In this document: in pieces, positions 31,734-45,027 of the stretch
How the letters are laid out: each line of letters begins with the position of its first letter
How positions within the stretch are numbered: the stretch's first letter is position 1
Assembly: GCF_009914755.1 (NCBI RefSeq)
Contig: NC_060927.1
Length of the DNA: 64,000 nt
Source: the human T2T-CHM13v2.0 reference genome, Homo sapiens
Reading direction: 5' to 3' (one strand)
Program-made: the position numbers and the translations under genes
The notes under the pieces: model-generated
Database searches by the model: none
What the model saw: the letters and a program-made list of their open reading frames with translations, nothing else
What the model was told of the DNA's origin: nothing

Positions 31734-33571
31734 TGAGTTTTATACCTCTTTCCTATCACCTACACTGTCTAACCCAAGAGTCGAGCACAATTTCTTATTG
31801 ACTGGTAATCTCTAAAACAGGATTTTTAATAATTCCCCTTTGAATTTGATAACACATTTATTTGATACAAATTAAAATTGTAAACTCTCATAGCTAGTGC
31901 TTTATTACTCAATAGGCACACCAAACAAATAAATAAGGCATCAGCAAGGCAGAGATAGAGGTAAATGAGTGAGAAAGAGAGAGAAGTCCTCTTGAGGATA
32001 AAAAACTCAGAACTGTGTTACCTGCTCACCTATACTTTACAGTTTACTGTTTGGAGCTTCATAGTGCTTAAGTTTCTAATGTTTAGGGTTCTAAAGGTCT
32101 GTTATAAGATTTGCTCATAACTCCTATAAATGTTTCCCAAATTCTCTAGTTAGGCCCTAGAATGCAGACAAAATCACCACAAAGGTAAATACAGCTTATA
32201 AGAGAAAATGTAATCCACTTACTGATCACTTAAGCCTGACACAGTATTAGGCACTTTATTATTTTTACATGTTACATATTATGTTTACCTATTATCTTAC
32301 TTAATATTCCAGGCTCTTAACTATAGGTACTGGAATTCATTCTGCTCTACAACTGAAACATCTATTTCTTCACTTGGAAATAGGACTAATACTCATCTAT
32401 CTCACGGGCTTAATGATTAATGAATAAACATATATAAAATGTCTAGGCAATACATGGCACATGGTGGTTACCCAATAATGACAGCTATGCCCTTAATGAA
32501 AATTTGACATCCAGACTGGACACTTGTGACACTAAAAGAAGAAATGTGTGAGACTCAGAGAGGCATGCAGAAGTGCTGGCAGCAGCAGAACTGAAGCTCA
32601 TCAGAGGTGGCACTGAAGGCTGGATGACTTGGCTTGCCATCCTTTGGCACATGTGCCCAGAAACTATTCAACTCCAGTGTTCCAAGCTGTTTAACCACAT
32701 TCAGTTTACTGTGAGCACCTCAGTATCAGAAAAAGCCTGCCAAATCCAAGTATTTTTAAAAAGCACTTCAAGTGATGAAGCGAATAAAGAGGGTTTTCTT
32801 AAAAGAAAGTATCATTTATTGAGATTCAATAAACCATTGCAGTGCAGTTCTTGCAACTGCTTATATATTTGCTGCCCTGTTGGTATATCAGCTTAAGTTA
32901 AAAACTAGGACAGAGGTCAAAATTGGTGCATCTGGCCAGATAAGGATCCTTGATTCTGTGGGATTAGCCATACATCCACAGCAAATTTTATCAAAAGGAC
33001 AGCAATAAGTACATTTACATTCCTTTGTTAATAAATAGGCATATGCAAAGAAACAGAGTCTATTTTCTCTCAAACTGATCTTATCTTACCACTTCTCACT
33101 CACACACACCCCCAACTCACTCCCATACTAGATGGGTGGCAGGGGTCAGGAAGATGATTAGATTGGACTGAATTTAGTTATTTCAGGCAGATCCAAGAAT
33201 TTGCACAGCCTAAGAAACCTCTAGATTTCTCTTTTCAACAGCTCAGAGAAACTCTTGGTCTTTCAGATTTCTTTCCCCTTGTCCTGCTTTACTTCAAGAC
33301 AGTATCTTCCTGCATGAAGGAGAGAGTGCTCAAATTACCCCCAGCCAGAGAAGGAAAGAGTTGCCCCTATAGCCACACCAAGTTCTCTGGTTTCTTTACC
33401 TGCCTCTGCTGGAGAATATCTTGACAGACTAGGCCAGACTGGTAACCAGTAAAATATAAATGCTCCTCCGTGAGGGTATTCTTTCCATTGTTGCTGTTAT
33501 TGAACAGGAACAGTGGTGGGTGTGTGCAGGTTCCCACCCCTGTACTGTGACCCTGGCCATTTGTCTCTGAT

Positions 33572-33920
33572 TGCTATAGACTGAATGTTTGTATACCCCA
33601 CAAAATTCCTATGTTGAAACCTGAAACCCAAAGTGGTGATATCTGAAGGCAGAGTCTTTGGGAGATGATTAGGTCATGATGGTGGAGCTCTCACAAATGA
33701 GATTTATGCCATTATAAAAGAAGCCCCAGGGAGCTCTTTGCCCCTTCCACCATGTGAGGACACCACAAGAAGATAGCTGTTCATATGCCAGGAAGCAAGC
33801 TCTTGCTAGACACTAAATCTGCAGGCTTAGACTCCCCAGCCTCTAAAACTGTGAGAAATAAATTTCTGTTGTTTATAAGCCACCTAGTCTATTGTATTGT
33901 GTTACTACGGCCCAAACAGA
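33572..33920 (+). mobile_element. MLT1A-like (MaLR) solo LTR
   Basis: TGCTATAGACTGAATGTTTGTATACCCC start and CCAGCCTCTAAAACTGTGAGAAATAAATTTCTGTTGTTTATAAGCCACC. Confidence 0.85.
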
Positions 33921-35339
33921 GGAAGATGCTGATCTTGAAATCCCTGCACAGACCTCTACATTATAACATAGGCCTCTATCAATCCCCTCACAAGGACACA
34001 CAGACACTACTAGGTCTCTCATACACTTCAGGAAGTCCTGAGTAACCAGGAGCACTGCCTCAGACTCCACCTGTTTTCTGCCACTGCCTCGATGTCATCA
34101 CTCTTACACACTCATGCACAGCTGCACAGCATACAGACTCCAAAGAACCACACTCCAAAGAACACATACTACCAGGGAAAATCAAATGGCTTGGTGAGAA
34201 CAAGAATGAGAATTGAGCAGGAAATAACACTTCACTCACTCCACGAATGTAACACATTACACCATAATGAGCTAAGTTATGTTTGTCTTTTAGAGCAAAT
34301 CATGTTAGTTTAGTCTAAACTTGAAGACTGGATCATACACATTTGTCATCCTTCTATCCTCAGACGTCTGAAGCATAATAAACCCTCAGTTGTTCCTTTT
34401 CTCCTTACAAACTACTGAATACATAAGAATCAAATGTGCCATGCCTCACTGGCTGGGATAAATACCAGGCAGGCAATACACAAGTTTATTAACTATCTGG
34501 CTATATCTTCCTCCACATGACATTTTAACTATGATATATCTATACTTCTGTTTCCCCACACAATCCTGACAGTAAGTATTCCACAATTACTTATTTTCTG
34601 ATTCACATACATCTCCAAACTGTAACTACAGTTATAATTCCAACTGTAGTTATGTAAGTATAAAGTTACTTAAGACCAGATATCATATTGAACATCTCTT
34701 TATAACTCACAGTGGTGTATATAGCATAGGTTCTCAACAGTTTGTTAGAAAATGAAATAACATATTTTTAAAAGTTGACGAGACACTCTCCCTAGGGAAA
34801 AGAAAAATATCAAGGCATATGACACTGAATTTGGAATAAAATTTCTGTGACCTCCCAAAAACCATCTTTTGGCCACAGGTTAAAATCCCTTATACAATAC
34901 AAATGTAGGCAGTGGTTATACGATGCAAAGGATTCAACAATGTAAAAAGTCATTTAAAACTAAAATGACTATTTTAAAACAAATTACTATATAATAGAAA
35001 AATTAGTATCATGAGATTAAAAAACTTAACCTCAACTCCAGATGATGAAGATTATGTTAATGAAGTAAAAGGATATGACAGTGATAAAGATGATGGTGAC
35101 AACAGAGGAAGAGGAAAAAGACAACAAAAGGAGGAAAAAATAATGCTTATATAGCATTCATATATAGAATTCTGTTTGGGACCATATGTGTCTTTTGGGA
35201 GATGAGTCTTCATGACTTATTTATTAATAAGAGTTTATTGATCACTCACCATATGTAGGCACTGTACTAGACTCTATAGGTAAAACAAAGTGTAAGACCA
35301 TAACAAAGTGTAAGACCACATCTTATCTACCTAAAAAGG

Positions 35340-36700
35340 CTAAAAATAAATAAGCCAGCCATCACAAAAAAATAAATTTTTGTCCTTACCCCCGACTCTC
35401 ATTGCACACAAGACAATGAATTCTAGATGGGCTGTAGGTTGAAATATGAAAGGTAAAACAGTATAGCTTACAGAAGATACCAGGAAATATCTTTATGACA
35501 TTGAGAAAGGCAAAAAATTTATAGTCAAGACACAAAAAATGCTAGTAAAAGAGAAAAAAATTGCTTAAATGAATCAATTAAGAACTTCTGTTCTTTAAAA
35601 GACATCAAAGTGAGAAAGTAAAAAAGCAAGTCACAGAGTAAGAGATTTTACAACACATATAAACAATAATGTGCCAGTACTTCCACAAACATGTTTTTTA
35701 AACCCACTGAAACCAAGGGAGTGGGAGGGGACACGGACTCCTTAATTTTAAAAACTGGCAAGAAGCCCAAGTATCCGTCAACAGAGGAGCATATAAAATG
35801 TGGTATACTCATACAATGAAAAATTATTCAGCAATAAAAAGAAATGAAGTTCTGGTATATGCTACAACATGAATGAACCTTGAAAAAACATTATGCTAAG
35901 TGAAATAAGCCAGACACAAAGGATAAATTTTGTATAATTCTACTTATATGAGGTATCTGGAATAGGTAAATTTATAGAGATAAGAAGTAGATTAGAGGTT
36001 ACCAGGGGTTAAGTGGAAAGGGGGAGGTATTGCCTAATAGTTATAGATTTTGTTTAGGGTAATGTAAAAGTGTTGGAAATAGCGGTGATAGCTGCACAAC
36101 ACTGTGAATGTACTTAATGCCACCAAATCATATACTTAAAATGGTTAAAATGGTAAATGTTATGTTATATATATTTTACCACAATTTTTAAAATAATGTA
36201 AAATACCAAAAATGATTGGACTGTATACTTTAAACGGGTGAACCATATGGTTTGTGAATTATATCTCAATAAAGTTGTTTTAAGAACTGGCAAATGACTT
36301 GAATAGAAAATTTGTAAAAGACAATACCTAAATGCTAGTAAAAAGGGGAAAAGGTGCGTAACCTCATTAGTAATCAGGGAAGTACAAAACACCTACATAC
36401 ATACACACACAGACACAATGAGATGCCATTATGCACCTATCAGAATGGCTGAAGTAATAAAATAGATTGACAATACCTAGTGTTCACTGACAAGGATGTA
36501 AAGGAAATGAAACTCTCATACACTGCTAGTGGGAGAAAGATCAGCACAGCCACTTCAGAAAATGGGCCATACCTACTAAAGTTAAATATATGCAATTTGT
36601 TTCATAGGGATATACCCAACAGAAATGCATTCTGATATGCATCAAAAGACACACACAAGAACATTTGCAGCAGCATTATTCATTGTAGGCCAAAACTAGA
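35340..36700 (+). mobile_element. Nested old L1M 3' fragments
   Basis: An L1MB-like 3' UTR (~35760-36280) sits inside an older L1 ORF2 3' end. AAAACTGGCAA/AGAACTGGCAA occurs at both junctions. Confidence 0.75.
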
Positions 36701-36717
36701 AAAAAAAAAATGTCTTT

Positions 36718-36999
36718 GGCTGAGCACGGTGGCTCATGCCTGTAACCCCCGCACTTTGGGAGGTTGAGGCAGGAGGATCACCTGATGTCAGGAGTATGAG
36801 AACAGCCTGGCCAACATGGCGAAACCCTGTCTCTACTAAAAATACATAAATCAGCCAGGCGTTGTGGCTGATGCCTGTAATCCCAGCTACTCGGAAGGCT
36901 GAGGCAAGGAGAATTGCTTGAATCTGGGAGGCGGAGGTTGCAGTGAGCCAAGATCGCACCACTGCACTCCAGCCTGGGCGACGGAGCGAGACTCCGTCT

Positions 37000-37030
<31 letters not shown>
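36718..37030 (+). mobile_element. AluS
   Basis: Full dimer with a ~40-nt poly(A). Confidence 0.93.
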
Positions 37031-37033
<3 letters not shown>

Positions 37034-39713
37034 TGGTGAGGAAAGAAAGGATAGTAAGAAGATCACGAAGATGAAATAACTCCAAAAATTCAATGCTTTT
37101 CAAGATGTTAAAAAAAATAACTATTTTTGCCTACAAATGGACTATGGGATCATGCACTTTTACAGCATAGTGCTGCTACAATTGACATAGTTCCTAAAGT
37201 CTGGACAATATCAGAAGCCTGAACCAGATACAAAATCAGCCTGCCAGAGATTTAAAAACACATATGCACATGTACGCACCCCCCACACCCAGTTTACACA
37301 TATGTAAACTGCCACATATAAAATTAGATACATCTAAGTGCATTTGTCTAATTAACATACATGAAGTAGAAGAAAAAGTAAAGTTTTGTGAAGTTTAACC
37401 TAAACATGAACATGAATTAGTTCACTTGCCACAGTTGGGATAAATACAATGAAAAGGACTAGGAGAATGGACTTCACTACTCTCCACTCAAGTCGAAGAA
37501 AAAGCTAACATGCCGACCCCCACTATGTCAAGAGAATCTGAGCTGAGAACTCAAAAGGAAGTGCTGAAGACTGCAAATTATTTTTGTGTTCATGGTCTTC
37601 ATCATCATCAGTTTATAGAATATTTGTTAGACACTGAAGGAGTAAGCAGATTTGATTTATTTTAATGCAGGCAGATGGCTTGGTCATGGAAATTGTGAAG
37701 AGATTTACCGAGCAGCTTCATCAGATCAAGGACATTATGGAATTAAAGGGCTCTAAGAGACCTTACTTGTCCAGCTCCCTGTAGCTCACAACATTATACT
37801 TTCTTATTAATGAGAAAGATAACTCCCTAAATTCAAAATAACTGTGGTGGGAGTAAGGGGTTGGGAGGATAAGAGCACAATTAATTTGTTCAAAGAAATG
37901 CAAATGTTAAGACCGAGAATGAATACACATATTAATCAACAAGCAACTAAAACTTGTCCTGTTCTGAGGACAACGAAATCACAAATTAGAAAGCATCAAA
38001 AGTCACAATTTCAGAAAATATTCTCACGAAAATGAATCATGTTTAAATTTCTTTTACTATTAATATGTTGGAATACAAAATTCAAGAACCATCTCTTATC
38101 GGTAGGTTGTTTCAGGAAAAATTTAATGACCTGAAAACAGATTCTACTTACCAAGATAAAATACTAGGCAGTGAGTTTATGAATCTCAGAATTATTTAAG
38201 TTTTGTCAATGTAACTAATTCTATCCATTTTAGAGACCACCTGGCTTTGTGCAAAAACAACCTCTCTCTTGAAAATGCAAAAAAAGAACAGCTAGGCAAC
38301 ACTATTGATGATATAATCAACGATATAAAATCAAAATTAAGATGTGCCCTAACCATACCCCTCCATAGCTTTCAGTTTAAGTATCACTATATCCCTGCCT
38401 AAAACTTGCTTTTTTTTTAAGCTCACAAGCTTGTCCCTTTTAATCAATAATAACACTAGTAAAATGTCTATATTTATCACATAACCTAGTATAGTTAAAA
38501 TTTAGACAACTATGCTTGGCTTAGACAAAGAAAGCTCATTATCAGAGAAAAGCAGAGAAAGATCATAAAAATCAAGTTAAAGGATTAGAATACAGTGATT
38601 GAGGTAAAAAGAAGATATTGTCATACTTACAGCCTGCTTTGAACTGACCCCTTCCTGACACATACAAGATTTGTCCGTGATACAAAGGATTGAAGAGAAA
38701 AAATAGGTATGTACACAGCCTAAGTCAAAGTAAGTAGCAATCAATTTTAAAATAAATTTTAAAAATAAGACTATATTCGAATGACATTTTGTAATCTTTC
38801 TACAACAGATGGAGATAGTTTTAATTCTGAGGATAGAAATTACTATAACATTTTATTATATTGGGAGGGGGAGAGAGAGAGGAAAGTCAAGTAACTATTT
38901 TAGGAAAAGTTTTACAAACATGTTAAAACCAGCCACATAATTTCTCCACTTTATCTTACTACGAATATTTTCAATACTGGAAACCATGTCAAAGAATCAC
39001 AAGATTATAGAACTGGAAAAGAACAAGAGATTACCTAGTCTAATTCCCTCATTTTGCAAATGAAAGCAGGCCTGGAGAATTACATGATATGCCCTAGGCC
39101 ACAGCTCCAGTGGCACACCCTAAATAGACTCATCTCCTGACTTAAAAATTGGGACTGATCAATCCTTGTAACAGTAACTGCCACTAACTGAGCACTTGCT
39201 GTATGGTCAGGCACTATGCTAGACACTTTACAGATAACAGTTTTCATTTAATTTAGTACTTCTCAACACAGTAAGAAGGCCATCTCCATTTCACAAGAAA
39301 AACTCAAGCTCAGGACATTAAATAACATTCTCAAAGTCATAGGACAAAGAAATGATGAGTCATAATTTAAAGCCAGTATGTTTGACTATACAAAGCCCAT
39401 GAACTCTGACATGGGCTTTGTATAGTCAGACATACTGGGTTTGAATTACGACAATGCTTTTTTTCTCTCCCCGGATGTTAAATGTGTACATCCAAACAAT
39501 TGCACTTTGGGCAAGCTAGACCACAGAAATATCTATACAAATGTATAGGGTATATGTACAAAGATGATCACTAAAACATTATGAATATCAAAAAATCAGA
39601 GAAAACACAAATGTGCATAATGGAGAAACAGCTAAAAATTATGGCATACTTGCTATGAAATACTAAACTTCCATTAAAAAGAATGAGGTAGATCCATGTA
39701 ACAGATGTGGTAA

Positions 39714-39920
<207 letters not shown>

Positions 39921-40097
39921 TAGATGTTTTTAAATTATAATACAAAATAAAGAATTTCAAATGAGTTCATTTTTTATTTTAAAATAACACATGTATATTC
40001 CATTTAATGCCACCCCATATAGCACAGATTTATTGTCTGGCTAGTTGTCTCTACAGCAATTTCAAAAAAAAGAGAATCTAACATTCTATTACGGATA

Positions 40098-41500
40098 CCA
40101 GCATTTCAAGTACAGTCCATGGACTGATGCAGATTCCCAAGACCCTTTCGGAAAGTCTATGTAGTAAAAACTACTTTTCTTACTAACAGTAGAGTTTTAT
40201 GCCTTTTTCCCTGGGTTAACATGTGCATTGATGGTACAAAAGCAGTAGTGGGTGAAACTGTTGGCACCTTAACACAGGTCAAGGCTTTGACATTAAGACT
40301 GTACTAGTAGTCACTGTAGTCTTCGCCATTATGTAGTCACAGTTAAAAAAAAAATCCAGTTTCATTAAAGAATGTCTTTGATGAAGCAATAACAATAATT
40401 TCATTAAATCTTGACCTTTTGTAATATTCTGTGTGACAAAATGGGTAGTATAAAACCACTTATGCTGCATACTGAAGCAAAATGGTCATCCCAAAGTAAG
40501 GCATTGGTGCAATTATTTGAGCTCAAGGCTGAAGGAACTAATCACTTTCCTTCATATCTACTTGAATGAACAACTCACAGACTATGGTTATTCAAACTTA
40601 TATATTTAGCAGACATTTTCTCAAAACTGTACAAAATGAGATCATCACTTCAAGTGAAATAACTGACAGTCATTTGCGGCCAATGATAAAATTCAAGCAA
40701 TATCAAAATTTTGGAAAACTTGTATCTGACATTGTGAGCTTAGCAGCTTCATAATACTTAAAAGACTGTTCTGATCATCTCAGTGGTCATATTGATAAAC
40801 ATAATTTTTAAATTTATATAATGTAACACAGTAACATTTGTAAGATCTGTGTAACAAAGAGAACCAGTATTTTCCAATGATCAATGCATAGATTTATGAA
40901 AACTCATGCATGAGTAAAAGATCCACTCAAAGTACAAGATAAACCAGTGGATTTTAATATAACAAGTAGGAAATGTTCACTGATACGGTTTCTGGTTCCA
41001 CATTTCAGCCAGTCTTTAAGAAACTACTGCATATCATGTTTTGGTAGAATACCAAAGATGAATATCCAAAATTATCTGAAAATGCTGTCAAAATACTATA
41101 TATCAGTGTGAGACCAGATATTCTTCACATTTTACACCAAACCAAGATGGGATATCACAATAAATGAGATGCGAAAGCAGACAGGAGAAAGCAGACAGGA
41201 GACTGGCTTCTAATAAGCCAGACATTAAAGAAGGTCCCAAAAATGTGAAAGTGCCACTTCTCTCACTAATATTATTCAGCTTTGGGGAAAAAATATGTTA
41301 CTTGTCATAAAAACATTTATGTCAATGTGTAATGGATGCTTTGTTTCTAAACAGATTAATAGATTCTTTTAAATTTTCTCACTTTTAATTTCTAATACAG
41401 TATCAATAGACATAAACCACATAAACTAAAGCTCTTTGCAGTCCTCAATAATCTTTAAAGCCCCAATAATCTTTAAGGCCAGGAAGTTTAAGAATCTTTG
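40098..41500. mobile_element. Charlie1-like hAT DNA transposon
   Basis: Motifs CCCAAGACCCTTTC, GCATTGATGGTACAAAAGCAGTAGTGGGTGAAACTG, GTAAAAGATCCACTCAAAGTACAAGATAAACCAGTGGATTTTAAT; ~1.4 kb. Confidence 0.78.
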
Positions 41501-42881
41501 CAGTACACTGTTAACCAATTTTTCACATGCCCTGCATACTGTCAAGTCTTGATCAACAAGGCTATCTATATTTACACATGGGCAATATACATAAGTGAAC
41601 TGTACCAATAAATAAGTACATAAGTGTACTTAACCAATAAAAGCCTAAAATGTTAGTCTGATTTGAATATGTCCTGCAAGAAGTGATGCTTACTACAGTA
41701 CTGCAGCCTCTGTTTTTGCCATGTATTCTGTGTTCTGGCTAATGATCTTGACCCATGGGAGCTAACAGAAGTTGTATACCTGATAGTCATGAACCTGGCC
41801 CAAAGAAAAAAAAGACTAAGTATTAAGCCTTGATGTTTGATGTTATTTAAGCCATCTTTAAGCATATAGTGGAGGATTTATGATTAGTAAACGACTTTTG
41901 ATATTTTGAGAGATGTATAAATACTGCAGACTGAGAGTGTGGTCCATAAGGGTATAAATCATGGCTGGGATAAACTATGAATGGAAATACATAGACTTCA
42001 GGAGGAGAGAAGGGAATAGGAGAAGCAGACAACTGCCAGTCTTGCCAAACTCCCCCAACATAAGGTTGATTTATAGTTAATGCTCCTATTTCTAGAAAAG
42101 TGTCTCCAGTACTTTGTATATAGTAATGTAGGGAAAAAGAGGGAGGCCTCAGGCTACAAAAGATGTTATTTTAAGTAATTATCTCTCTTCTTGGGAGACT
42201 AGTTCTAACATACAGGTCCCTCAGGACTAAGAATACCAGACATGAAAATGGTAAACTTCAAGGTTCTACAGAAATTGCCAAAAGTCCAAGATCATTCCTT
42301 ACAACATGAAGCAAAGGCTTCAGAATTCCTTAGGAAAAAATATTTCAAATATTTAGGATTAAACATAAGCTAAAAATCAATTTCAAAAGATCTGTAAGGA
42401 TTAAAATTTTGAATAAACTTCCACAGAAGTTATAAAATTTGAAAAAAAAAACTATGAAAATTGATCTCTATCACCTGTTCCACAAAATATTTACCAAGGT
42501 GTAAAGATTAGTTGAAGCTGACATAGTCACACCAAATCCCTAAAGAAATTTTTAACAAAAATTTTATTTTTCTTTAAAAAAGAAAATGCACTTAAAGCTA
42601 GAGAAATCTGAATAAGCTCTGTGGATTGTACCAACACCAATTTCCTGGTTTTTATTTTGTATTCTGGTTTTTGGGGATGGTAACGTCAGGGGAGGCTGAG
42701 TGAAGGGTGTGCATGGGACCACTCTGTACATTTCTTTACAACTTCCCATGAATCTATATTTCAAAATAAAAAGTTTAAAATATGAAAAAAAAAGAAAACA
42801 ACAGTCTTCTCAGGTGTACCACCTATATTAGTAAACCTTCATTCACAAGTATCTACTGAGCATTACTATAGTGCCCAGCAT

Positions 42882-42910
42882 GGTAGACATGGTACTGCCT
42901 TTTGGGGATA

Positions 42911-42950
<40 letters not shown>

Positions 42951-42974
42951 TAGACATGGTACTGCCTTTTGGGA

Positions 42975-43012
<38 letters not shown>

Positions 43013-43045
43013 ACCCGAGAGAGAGAGAGAATGCGAGAGAGAGAG
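42882..43045. repeat. Tandem duplication of a (CA)n microsatellite plus its flank, followed by (GA)n
   Basis: GGTAGACATGGTACTGCCTTTTGGG at 42882 and 42949, each followed by a (CA)n run. Confidence 0.92.
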
Positions 43046-44706
43046 CGGGCAAGCACAGGAGGAGAAAGGGAATTTTATTATACAGTTAACTTCATTAAAC
43101 AAGGGGAAAATATTAGCATATAACTATGCCCACACTCCCACATACCCCACCAATGCTCAGCTTCTATGGTGATTTCTGTGTCTGCCTGGTTGGCTCCAGG
43201 GTTAATTTTTTGTAAATATCAATCCTTGAAATGGGTAGAGCTGAATAACTGGAAAGAACCAGGACTGGATTTATTACCTTTGAAGAACCTGATGTTACTA
43301 GCAGAGGAACGTAACATCTTCCAAAGTGGAACGAGAGGACGACAAGTAAAAAGAAAAAAGAATCATTAAGGGGAATACAGAAGAGAGTGGTTTTATGAGT
43401 GTGACTGCTGTGAACAGTGAAACTTTGGGCAAAAGTGAGTATAGGGGTTCTCTAAATTAGGACACTGTTCTGTTTCCATTGTTGGGATCTTCAATAGACT
43501 TTGGTAAATATTTAAACTTAAATTTCTAAAAATATTGAACTGATGATTCTTTTAAGACCAGCCTACAAGTGGCCCCAATATATTAGAGTTACATTCACAA
43601 AGTCATATTGTATTATTACATATTTGTTACCCTCAGTGAAAAAATGGCATTGACTTTCCAATCCCACAAATCTATTACACTTTAACCACCTATTCCAACC
43701 CTAAACCCTGGTACACTACCATTAGTGGCTGCTAACGTTGACCTAATTCTCTGAACATCTTCCCAAGGAACTCTACATGGTATAAGAATTTTCTGAACTC
43801 GGTCCTTCTAGGATCTCAGCTTCTTTCCAGGAATCCTTTTCTAAATATAAGTGTCCTCTAATACTGTCAGCTTATATCTCTCTCAAGATCAACAGAGTTA
43901 ACTGCTAAATGAAAACAAACCAGTAAGTAGACTTTTTCAAGTAACTTTTTATTGAATACACTTTGTCCACAACAGTAAATTTGTATGGGTTTCATCCTAT
44001 ACTCTAAATAAAAATTTTAGTTATACTTATCAAAATATGATTCTTTCTGTAATATATGAGTGAGGCAGACCCATACTGTACCTATATAATATCTGATAAA
44101 GGCAATGATGATGCGGTAGATCATTGGCTGAGTCTATTATTTGCAAATTGGAAACCAATTTTCTCTCTGTGGCTTACTTCATATTTCTGCAATTTAAAAC
44201 CATTACAAATGCAAACTACTACTGTGGTCTTTTTCTTGGGTGGCAGAAAACCAGGTACACAGAAAATTAATTACCCAAATGTTAACAGAAAGAAAAAAAA
44301 TCCTTCCATGGTTTAGTAAGATAGGCTTAACTAATAAGTAAACTAATTAACTTTCCACTTTTAAGACCAAACTCAGCTCAAATCAGATGGCTTTTTGAAT
44401 ACCACCCAAGAACCAACAACCTCTCTTAAGCCAGTTGCTCACAAAGTATGGTCAAGAGAAGATTTCAGATCCTCCAGATGGTGTGGGGGCAGTTTTCAAA
44501 ATGCAGGGATGAGATGTGTTAGTGCCAGCTAGCCCTCACCAAACAAAGAAAGTTGAGATGACTGTGTTCACTTGAAGTAAATTAGAAAACAGAAATTCAG
44601 CAAACCCTCCCCAAACTGCCTAAAATAATTCAGTGTTGAGAGAGTATAAAAAATTGTCATTAGTCTAGATAACAATAGATGTGGAATCCCTATTCTAAAT
44701 AAACTA

Positions 44707-45027
<321 letters not shown>

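Noticed and set aside
32598-32616. CTCF-like motif AGAGGTGGCAC (similar partial matches near 27225 and 27803)
   Set aside because: Only half of the core matches, which is too weak to call without ChIP data.
35284-35318. 18-bp tandem duplication, with similar small duplications near 41175 and 41447
   Set aside because: Ordinary slippage duplications with no further structure.
36696-37093. Alu-derived ORFs here and at 8048, 10418, 31482, 39735, 44704 and 55022
   Set aside because: Typical chance Alu reading frames with no splice or expression evidence in the sequence.
42843-43172. Cluster of ORFs with HT/CV dipeptide runs
   Set aside because: These are translations of the (CA)n microsatellites.
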